A stretch of DNA of 19,205 nt from a virus (taxonomy: Duplodnaviria > Heunggongvirae > Uroviricota > Caudoviricetes): the IMG/VR virus record IMGVR_UViG_2675903324_000004, one strand, 5' to 3'. The notes beneath the pieces were generated by a model. The model made no database searches. It saw nothing but the letters and a program-made list of their open reading frames with translations, and was not told the DNA's origin. Positions 1 through 5,959 of the stretch are shown here, piece by piece. A program made the position numbers and the translations under genes. Position 1 is the first letter of the stretch. The number at the start of each line of letters is the position of its first letter.

Positions 1-49
1 TTTCAAAATTAAAGAAGACCGGCGTAAGGCGGCGCGGGGAGAGTAGACG

Positions 50-841
50 ATGAATAAACAATACGAACTGGTTGTTAAAGGGATAAATATTTACCCGGAT
101 AAGATTACTGTTACTGTGGCGCTGGAAACTGGTGGGTATACGTCACTGTTGTTGCCAAATGTGGTGATTGATCTTGATCGTGTTGAAGGTGCCCCGCTGG
201 AGTTTTACGAAGCTGAGGCGAAAAAGAAGGCGAAGCAGTTTTTCATGGATATTGCTGCCGGGTTATGTGAAGGGAACGAACCGTTGCCGGAAAAGCGCCT
301 CTGTTCAGAAGAGCGGTATACCATACAAATTAACAATGCATATAACACGATACAGTCAGAAAAAGATGATATCGAATCACGCATTGAAAAACTGGAGAAC
401 AGCGTCGTTGAACTGAATAAAAAACTGTCGGTGCAGATCCCTTCCGAAGGTGAAAAAAAACGCCGTGATGAGCAGTTCGCGGCGTTTTACGATTATTGCC
501 GGAAAGTGATGAGCAGAAATCTCGCAGAGTGTTTCCGTATTCAAAAAAACAGAGAGCGCTCTGCAAATAGTGAGATTCTGGATAATTTTTTAAAGGGGAC
601 GCATCTCGCCAGTGATTGTTTCATTGCTCATTCTTTTGGTGGCTTTCATGAGGCCATCAAACATGATGTTGAGAGAAGTCCAGGTATCCTCTGTTCCATT
701 CCCGTAAGCATCGAAATAGACACAAATACGATAACCGGTGAACTCGTTACCGCCGGAGTCGGTATATTCCGTCATGAGGGGAACGATGCCAAAGGTTCCT
801 TTACAAAAATCGGGCCGTTCTTTCTGAAGGTAGAGCGATAG
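50..841 (+). CDS. hypothetical protein; accessory (moron-like) gene with a charged, Lys/Glu-rich N-terminal two-thirds
   Basis: 263-codon ORF with ATG at 50 preceded by a G-rich stretch (GGGGAGAG). The first ~180 residues look coding and no competing ORF covers 50-590. The region looks AT-richer than the structural genes (by eye, not computed). The 3' ~250 nt (590-841) overlap the convergent ORF 590-1222 in the codon-aligned antisense frame, so the true 3' extent is uncertain. No family recognised. Confidence 0.5.
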   Translation: MNKQYELVVKGINIYPDKITVTVALETGGYTSLLLPNVVIDLDRVEGAPLEFYEAEAKKKAKQFFMDIAAGLCEGNEPLPEKRLCSEERYTIQINNAYNTIQSEKDDIESRIEKLENSVVELNKKLSVQIPSEGEKKRRDEQFAAFYDYCRKVMSRNLAECFRIQKNRERSANSEILDNFLKGTHLASDCFIAHSFGGFHEAIKHDVERSPGILCSIPVSIEIDTNTITGELVTAGVGIFRHEGNDAKGSFTKIGPFFLKVER

Positions 842-1222
842 TTTGTTAAGTACCCATCCGACAGCTCGCTCATTTTGGTTTATTTTCGTATCGCGAAACA
901 AAAATTCGAAGCGGCCAGATGACGCATGGGTGCAACCAAATACCGGGGCGTATTCATCAACCTTTGGTGTTCCTGAAAACATGCAGTCCGTGCTCTCGAA
1001 TGCAGATGAATTGCTGTTGATCCACTTAACAAAAGAAAAAAAGGTCTGAATCGCTTGTCTGTCTGAATATTCAACAAAATCCTCAAGGTGTGTCTCGATC
1101 AGTTCCGGGTGTTTACGAAAGTCATAATATTGACCGGGACGATATTTATGAGTGGTTGTTTTATCCCATGGTTGTGCTCTGCGTCCCTGTAAACGGAGGT
1201 CTGCCGCTGGATAGATAAGCAT
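590..1222 (-). CDS. hypothetical protein; accessory (moron-like) gene on the opposite strand to the phage late genes
   Basis: The minus-strand ORF is open 1291->590. The internal ATG at 1222-1220 has a good SD (AGGAGA, 6-nt spacer), whereas the GTG at 1291 has none, so 1222 is the preferred start (210 aa). Composition is protein-like and uniform along its length, and codon choice in the overlap (ATC, ACC, GGC common) looks more typical than the opposing frame (ATA x3, AGA, CGA). No family recognised. Confidence 0.55.
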   Translation of the reverse strand: MLIYPAADLRLQGRRAQPWDKTTTHKYRPGQYYDFRKHPELIETHLEDFVEYSDRQAIQTFFSFVKWINSNSSAFESTDCMFSGTPKVDEYAPVFGCTHASSGRFEFLFRDTKINQNERAVGWVLNKLSLYLQKERPDFCKGTFGIVPLMTEYTDSGGNEFTGYRICVYFDAYGNGTEDTWTSLNIMFDGLMKATKRMSNETITGEMRPL

Positions 1223-1352
1223 AAGTAATCTCCTGGTGGAATGTAATCCACGATCATCCGGGGAAATTAAGAACCCGCCAGTGCCCACCACTGGTGGGGT
1301 GAAGGCTTAACATATCCAGGGATTCGGAACCGATAAATCCTGATAAATATCC

Positions 1353-1886
1353 ATGAACACCAAAATCAAATACGGCCTGTCGGCTGCCGTTCTGGCGCTG
1401 ATTGCCGCAGGGGCGCCTGCGCCTGATATTCTCGACCAGTTTCTGGATGAAAAAGAAGGTAACCACACCACGGCATACCGTGATGGTGCGGGGATCTGGA
1501 CCATTTGTCGTGGTGCCACCAGGGTGGATGGCAAACCTGTCGTCCCGGGCATGAAGTTGTCGAAGAAAAAATGCGACCAGGTTAACGCCATTGAGCGTGA
1601 TAAGGCGCTGGCATGGGTGGAGAAAAACATCCGGGTGCCACTGACTGAACCCCAGAAAGCGGGGATCGCGTCATTCTGCCCGTATAACATTGGCCCCGGT
1701 AAGTGTTTCCCGTCGACGTTTTATAAACGAATTAATGCAGGCGATCGCCGGGGTGCATGCGAGGCGATTCGCTGGTGGATTAAAGACGGTGGCAGAGACT
1801 GCCGTATCCGCTCAAATAACTGTTATGGTCAGGTATCCCGTCGTGACCAGGAGAGCGCGCTGGCGTGCTGGGGTATCGACAGATAA
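1353..1886 (+). CDS. R: SAR endolysin (T4-type lysozyme, glycoside hydrolase family 24)
   Basis: 177 aa. The N-terminus has a weakly hydrophobic Gly/Ala-rich signal-anchor-release segment (YGLSAAVLALIAAGAPAP), followed by the Glu-8aa-Asp-5aa-Thr catalytic spacing (EGNHTTAYRDGAGIWT) typical of T4-lysozyme-like enzymes. It resembles P21 R21 and Stx-phage R-type endolysins from memory. Confidence 0.9.
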   Translation: MNTKIKYGLSAAVLALIAAGAPAPDILDQFLDEKEGNHTTAYRDGAGIWTICRGATRVDGKPVVPGMKLSKKKCDQVNAIERDKALAWVEKNIRVPLTEPQKAGIASFCPYNIGPGKCFPSTFYKRINAGDRRGACEAIRWWIKDGGRDCRIRSNNCYGQVSRRDQESALACWGIDR

Positions 1887-1995
1887 GCCGAATATTTTGC
1901 TGAAAAATGACGTTGGCCAACGCGGACGGATAACACGAAATCCTGCGAACTGGCAAAATGTAAGTGAATAACGTCAGGAACATTATTTCACGCAG

Positions 1996-2025
1996 AGGCA
2001 CCGTAATGGTGCCTTTGTCATTTCT
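1996..2025 (+). terminator. candidate intrinsic terminator downstream of the endolysin gene
   Basis: Hairpin AGGCACC (1996-2002) / loop GTAAT / GGTGCCT (2008-2014), followed by a T-rich but interrupted tract (TTGTCATTTCT). Confidence 0.4.
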
Positions 2026-2160
2026 GCGCTTCGCACAAGCGTAAATAAACCAAAGAACCTTTCAGGATGAGCCCTGGTGGATAACCGGCAGTGGTCTGGT
2101 TAACCCTCTTTGGGCTGGTTATTCCTGTGCGCAGGGTTCATCACTAAAAGGAAATAACCG

Positions 2161-2733
2161 ATGAATATGATGACCGTGCCGTTTCACGGCGATTCTCTTT
2201 ATGTGGTTAACCATAACGGCGAACCATACGTTCCCATGAAACCTGTCGTTGAGGGAATGGGTATGACCTGGCAGTCTCAACACCGCAAATTGATGGAGAG
2301 ATTTAAGACCTGCATCATCGAAATGATGATTCAGCTCCCCGGTGATACTCAGCGTCGTCTGGTTATCTGTCTTGCTTTACGTAAACTTGCAGGTTGGCTG
2401 CAAACCATCAACCCAAATAAAGTTAAACCTGAAATCCGCGACAGAGTCATTCAGTATCAGGAAGAGTGCGACGATGTTCTCTATGAATACTGGACGAAGG
2501 GTTTTGTCGTTAATCCTCGTCAAATGAGCGTGATGGAAGAACTCAACCAGGCATGCGCTGACATGAAACGGGATAAAAACATTGCCAGTCTGTTTGGTAC
2601 AGGGTTAAACGAATGGAAATTGGTTAAAGCTGCGCATGTGTCAAAAATCCGCACATTGATAAACGAAGCGAATCTGCTGATTGATTTTGTCCTGGCTGAT
2701 ACAGGCAAAGGGAAAATAACAAAGGCGGATTGA
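2161..2733 (+). CDS. phage antirepressor-like protein (tentative; N-terminal region resembles P22-AR-N-type antirepressor domains)
   Basis: 190-aa ORF with SD AAGGA upstream of the ATG. The N-terminal motif TVPFHGDSLYVVNHNGEPYVPMKPVVEGMGMTWQSQ matches my memory of proteins annotated as phage antirepressors that sit between R and Rz in some E. coli lambdoid/Stx-type prophages. The family assignment is from memory only. Confidence 0.6.
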   Translation: MNMMTVPFHGDSLYVVNHNGEPYVPMKPVVEGMGMTWQSQHRKLMERFKTCIIEMMIQLPGDTQRRLVICLALRKLAGWLQTINPNKVKPEIRDRVIQYQEECDDVLYEYWTKGFVVNPRQMSVMEELNQACADMKRDKNIASLFGTGLNEWKLVKAAHVSKIRTLINEANLLIDFVLADTGKGKITKAD

Positions 2734-2882
2734 TGGAGTGGTGGCTAATGATATCGGATAAAATCATAACGCTGACAAAGACCATTTGTGTGATTGTCGG
2801 CGTTTCATTTTCGCTAATGATGGTTGCTCTTTTTCTTTCCATAGCCTGGATGGCGTTGAGTTCGGCAGGGCTGGTGGGGTGA
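2733..2882 (+). CDS. small hydrophobic membrane protein (49 aa); possible lysis-accessory protein
   Basis: Not in the ORF track (<60 aa). Its ATG at 2733 overlaps the upstream stop (TGATG) and its TGA at 2880-2882 overlaps the Rz GTG start (GTGA), so it is translationally coupled on both sides. It encodes MEWWLMISDKIITLTKTICVIVGVSFSLMMVALFLSIAWMALSSAGLVG, with one long or two short transmembrane segments. It lacks the charged C-terminal tail usual for holins. Confidence 0.4.
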   Translation: MEWWLMISDKIITLTKTICVIVGVSFSLMMVALFLSIAWMALSSAGLVG

Positions 2883-3322
2883 GCATAAACCGAATTCTTT
2901 CCGCGTTTACCGTTATTCTGCTGGTGGCCTGTGGTGCGCTTAGTTTGGGGCTGAATCATTACCGTGATAACGCCATCGCCTACAAAGAGCAGCGCGATAA
3001 AGCCACATCCATCATCGCTGATATGCAGAAGCGGCAACGTGATGTAGCAGAACTTGACGCCAGATACACAAAGGAGCTTGCTGATGCTAATGCGACTATC
3101 GAAAGTCTCCGTGCTGATGTTTCTGCTGGGCGTAAGCGCCTGCAAGTCGCCGCCACCTGTGCAAACTCAACGACCGGAGCCAGCAGCATGGGCGATGGAG
3201 AAAGCCCAGGACTTACAGCAGATGCTGAACTCAATTATTACCGTCTCCGAAGTGGAATCGACAGGATAACCGCGCAGGTTAACTACCTGCAGGAGTACAT
3301 CAGGACGCAATGCCTGAAATAA
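2879..3322 (+). CDS. Rz: i-spanin (inner-membrane spanin subunit) Rz
   Basis: From the GTG at 2879 the product begins MSINRILSAFTVILLVACGALSLGLNHYRDNAIAYKEQRDK..., i.e. an N-terminal TMD then a coiled-coil periplasmic domain, closely resembling lambda Rz (…AVNHYRDNAITYKAQRDK…). The upstream extension of the track ORF (TTG at 2786) is non-homologous, so the GTG start is preferred. Confidence 0.9.
   Translation: MSINRILSAFTVILLVACGALSLGLNHYRDNAIAYKEQRDKATSIIADMQKRQRDVAELDARYTKELADANATIESLRADVSAGRKRLQVAATCANSTTGASSMGDGESPGLTADAELNYYRLRSGIDRITAQVNYLQEYIRTQCLK
3084..3269 (+). CDS. Rz1: o-spanin (outer-membrane lipoprotein spanin subunit) Rz1, embedded in the +1 frame of Rz
   Basis: ATG at 3084 with a strong SD (AAGGAG at 3071-3076, 7-nt spacer). 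The signal peptide MLMRLSKVSVLMFLLGVSAC carries a lipobox (VSAC), followed by the Pro-rich mature region (KSPPPVQTQRPEPAAW) characteristic of Rz1. It is wholly embedded in Rz, as in lambda. Confidence 0.85.
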   Translation: MLMRLSKVSVLMFLLGVSACKSPPPVQTQRPEPAAWAMEKAQDLQQMLNSIITVSEVESTG

Positions 3323-3354
3323 TTTTTTTGCAAATCACAAAGTCAATTTAATGA

Positions 3355-3377
3355 GCCTCGCGATGCGGGGCTTTTTT
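3355..3377 (+). terminator. rho-independent terminator after Rz/Rz1
   Basis: 7-bp GC-rich stem GCCTCGC (3355-3361) / loop GAT / GCGGGGC (3365-3371), including one G-U pair, followed by TTTTTT (3372-3377). Confidence 0.7.
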
Positions 3378-3520
3378 ATGTCCGCAGTAAACGCGCATCT
3401 CACGCGCATATTAACGAGAGCCTTTCAGTAAGCGGGCCTGAGAATTGCCGTTATAGGTGGCGACCTCTCTCGGGCGGCTTTTCTGTGAGACAGGCTCACT
3501 TTCTAAAAGGTAAAGACGCC

Positions 3521-4018
3521 ATGAAAGCAATCACGCTTTTTAATACACCGATCCGTGTTGATGAATCAGGAATGATCTGCCTCACTGATATGTGGAAAGC
3601 CAGTGGTAAAAGTGAATCTGAATCTCCGTACCACTACCTGCGAAACAAGCAGACCAAAGAGTTCTTAGCCGAGCTGGAGAAAAACCACGAATCTGTGGTT
3701 TTTACTGAGCGCGGTGTACACGGTGGAACATATGGCGGGAAGTTTGTTGCTTATGATTATGCAGCATGGCTAACCCCCGGATTTAAATATGCAGCCTATA
3801 AAGTCCTGGATGACTACTTCACCGGAGAACTTCAGCATCGCAACAGCTTAAGTGCGCAGCTCAATATGAAGTGTCATGAGTTTGATCAGAAAAAAGATAT
3901 GGCGAGCTTCTGTGGGCAAGGTCTGGCGGCATGGCGCTATACGAAACCAGTGTTGGTCGCTGAGATTAACTCCCTGGCTAACCAGCTGCAGATAACGATC
4001 CCCGGGCTTCCGGGATGA
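3521..4018 (+). CDS. KilA-N domain-containing protein
   Basis: N-terminal region MKAITLFNTPIRVDESGMICLTDMWKASGK…GGKFVAYDYAAWLTPGFKYAAYKVLDDYF resembles KilA-N (APSES-like) DNA-binding domains common in prophage accessory regions. ATG 3521 is preferred over the GTG at 3485 by homology, but the start is uncertain. Confidence 0.7.
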   Translation: MKAITLFNTPIRVDESGMICLTDMWKASGKSESESPYHYLRNKQTKEFLAELEKNHESVVFTERGVHGGTYGGKFVAYDYAAWLTPGFKYAAYKVLDDYFTGELQHRNSLSAQLNMKCHEFDQKKDMASFCGQGLAAWRYTKPVLVAEINSLANQLQITIPGLPG

Positions 4019-4272
4019 GTGATCGTGTCATTGAATGCGCCTCCAGAGCGGGGCGCGACTTCTCAGAGTTCATGAAAGGCGAGAAGGGCATGATGGAAGC
4101 ATTGGCCTCGGTGGATGAGTTTGGCGAGCAGCTGCGCCTCAACGGCTGTGTCAATCATCACTTTGTTAGCTACATGATGCGGAACTCGATCATGCAGGCA
4201 TTCATGGACATGGCAAAAGCCGAGAGGAAAGAAGAGCGCCGGCGTAAGCGAGCGGAAGCAAAAGCGAAGTAG
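4015..4272 (+). CDS. small hypothetical protein (85 aa) with a basic, Arg/Lys-rich C-terminal tail
   Basis: The ATG at 4015 overlaps the stop of the KilA-N gene (ATGA), indicating translational coupling. The C-terminus is AKAERKEERRRKRAEAKAK. No family recognised. Confidence 0.5.
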   Translation: MSDRVIECASRAGRDFSEFMKGEKGMMEALASVDEFGEQLRLNGCVNHHFVSYMMRNSIMQAFMDMAKAERKEERRRKRAEAKAK

Positions 4273-4309
4273 CCATTACAAAGCCTACCTACGGGTGGGC
4301 TTGATAATG
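4273..4309. repeat. copy 1 of a repeated post-stop hairpin element (ATTACAAA - 5-bp stem AAGCC/GGCTT with 12-nt loop containing CCTAC - GATAATG)
   Basis: Lies immediately 3' of the TAG stop at 4270-4272 and resembles the element at 4873-4913 (roughly 75-80 percent identity by eye, same architecture). Confidence 0.6.
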
Positions 4310-4497
4310 AAACCGGAATTTATTCTGGGCAACCAGTTACGGCAGTACAGCGAAACAACCCAAGCCAGTAAGTGGGGAAATAACACTGGCAGCCACTGAA
4401 AGATGAACCTCCAGCCTTATGGCAAAAAAGATTCTTTGTGGTGGCAGACTGATGGAAAGACATCCTAATCAAGCAACCACTCCACAGGGTCATAATT

Positions 4498-4872
4498 ATG
4501 AACGACCAGCAAATCGAAAAAGAAATCGTTGAGAAAGGCAAAACGGCACCGCGTGTAACACCTGAGAAAATTGAAGGCCTCATTTGCAGTGAGCATTTTT
4601 TCACTGCTGCGCAGGGTGGCCACTAGGCTAAAGAAGATGACCTTATTTATAATCCGGAGCCTTATGTCGAAGCCACCCCTGATGCTCTGCACCTTCTTAC
4701 TTTCTGCGTATTGGTACTGAAGAATGGCTTCACCGTTACCGGAGAGAGTGCCTGTGCAAGTCCGGAAAATTTTGATGCAGAAATTGGTCGGAAGATTGCC
4801 CGGCAGAATGCTGTAAACAAAATCTGGATGCTCGAAGGTTACTTGCTGAAGCAGAAGCTAAGCGAACAGTAG
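4498..4872 (+). pseudogene. small phage accessory protein (possibly of the N4 Gp49 / Sf6 gp66-like family, tentative) interrupted by an in-frame TAG at 4624-4626
   Basis: The reading frame is continuous from ATG 4498 to TAG 4870-4872 (124 codons) except for a single in-frame TAG at codon 43. The downstream part (…LHLLTFCVLVLKNGFTVTGESACASPENFDAEIGRKIARQNAVNKIWMLEGYLLKQ) is clearly protein-like and has no in-frame ATG of its own other than one 14 codons from the end. The competing minus-strand ORFs (4320-4604, 4465-4692) look non-coding. Confidence 0.5.
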
Positions 4873-4913
4873 TTATTACAAAAGCCATTCCCTACAGAGT
4901 GGCTTTGATAATG
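4873..4913. repeat. copy 2 of the repeated post-stop hairpin element (7-bp stem AAAGCCA/TGGCTTT, 12-nt loop containing CCTAC, then GATAATG)
   Basis: Lies immediately 3' of the TAG stop at 4870-4872 and has the same architecture and flanking motifs as 4273-4309. Confidence 0.6.
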
Positions 4914-5229
4914 GCTTATACCCTACACGGGATAACTTAATTGATATCCTTTTTAACGGATAAAGGCATTTCAGCCTGACATAGCCATGCGCCGTATCGT
5001 CGCCGTATTCCTGCATTAACAGAGACCGCAGCCCGACAGGGAGACTCCTCTGCGAGAGTGTGCGGGGATAATCAAAAACGATACACACCGGGGTTTACCG
5101 CGTTAACGGAGCGCGGCGTTGTCCCCTCATGGTCGCTGGTCCGGTGCGATGGTGGAAGAAACTGGATTTTGTTGCAACTGATAACCATTATCATTTTGCG
5201 GGTCCTTTCCGGCGATCCGGGCCGTTACG

Positions 5230-5241
5230 GGGCGGCGACCT
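5230..5241. other. cosN: cosN cohesive-end site (12-nt overhang sequence GGGCGGCGACCT)
   Basis: The sequence 5208-5270, GCGGGTCCTTTCCGGCGATCCGGGCCGTTACG|GGGCGGCGACCT|CGCGGGTTTTCGCTATTTATGAAAATTTT, matches my memory of the lambda right-end/left-end junction almost base for base. It lies about 170 bp upstream of the terminase small subunit gene, as in lambda. Confidence 0.9.
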
Positions 5242-5400
5242 CGCGGGTTTTCGCTATTTATGAAAATTTTTAGGGAAAAATCAGATCCGTTCTTCTTCTT
5301 TTTAACTGATTGATTATCAATAGAATTTTAAAAATATAAAAGGATCTGACAAAGGCTGTTTTTGTCCGAAAACGCCATTTTCAGATCCTTTCTGGTTCCC
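5242..5400 (+). promoter_or_regulatory. cosB: cosB-like terminase-binding region with three R-site-like elements and an IHF-consensus-like AT-rich segment
   Basis: R3-like TCAGATCCGTTCTTCTTC (5281-5298); inverted R2-like AAAAGGATCTGACAAAGG (5338-5355); R1-like TTCAGATCCTTTCTGG (5380-5395). Spacing relative to cosN resembles lambda R3/R2/R1. AT-rich 5304-5337 contains a WATCAANNNNTTR-like match on the minus strand (AATCAATCAGTTA). Confidence 0.65.
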
Positions 5401-5410
5401 GGGGGAGTGT

Positions 5411-5959
5411 ATGAACGTCAATAAGAAAAAACTGGCCGATATTTTTGGCGTTGATGTCAGGACCATCACCGCCTGGCAGAGTCAGGGGTTACCACTAGTT
5501 TCTGGTGGAGGGAAAGGGACTGAATCAGTTTTTGATACAACTGCTGCCATTCAGTGGTATGCGCAGAGGGAAGCTGATATTGAAAACGAAAAACTCCGTA
5601 AAGAGATCGAGGATTTGAGGGCTGCCAGCGAATCAGACCTTCAGCCCGGCACCATTGATTACGAACGTTACCGACTGACGAAGGCACAGGCCGATGCACA
5701 GGAGCTGAAAAATGCTCGTGAGGAAGGCCTTGTCCTCGAGACGGAGTTATTTACCTACATCTTTCAGCGAGTGGCACAGAATATATCAGGGATCCTTGTC
5801 CGTGTCCCTCAGACACTGCAGCGTAAATACCCTGATATATCACCCGTACATCTTGATGCTGTGAAAACTGAAATCGCGAAAGCATCCGATGTGGCTTCTG
5901 AAGCCGGTGAGAATGTGCGCAGGTGGATTGATGATTTCAGACGAACTGAGGGCGGCTAA
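5411..5959 (+). CDS. Nu1: terminase small subunit (gpNu1 homolog)
   Basis: 182 aa with SD GGGGGAG upstream. Strong similarity from memory to lambda Nu1 (MEVNKKQLADIFGASIRTIQNWQEQGMPVLRGGGKGNEVLYDSAAVIKWYAE…), including the N-terminal winged-HTH region. Confidence 0.95.
   Translation: MNVNKKKLADIFGVDVRTITAWQSQGLPLVSGGGKGTESVFDTTAAIQWYAQREADIENEKLRKEIEDLRAASESDLQPGTIDYERYRLTKAQADAQELKNAREEGLVLETELFTYIFQRVAQNISGILVRVPQTLQRKYPDISPVHLDAVKTEIAKASDVASEAGENVRRWIDDFRRTEGG

Noticed and set aside
1690-1971. 93-aa + ORF overlapping the 3' end of the endolysin in another frame
   Set aside because: Arg-rich and non-protein-like. Not an embedded spanin: the real Rz/Rz1 pair is at 2879-3322.
2786-2878. N-terminal extension of Rz from the TTG at 2786 (as in the ORF track)
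   Set aside because: The extension (MCDCRRFIFANDGCSF…) has no homology and would overlap the small membrane ORF. The GTG at 2879 gives an N-terminus matching lambda Rz.
4320-4692. Minus-strand ORFs 4320-4604 and 4465-4692
   Set aside because: Low-complexity translations. The + strand frame here encodes a recognisable small phage protein, albeit with one TAG.
4876-5273. ORFs 4876-5088 (-) and 5058-5273 (+) between the accessory genes and cos
   Set aside because: No SD, junk-like composition, and the + ORF runs through the cosN site. This region is better explained as non-coding cos-flanking DNA.
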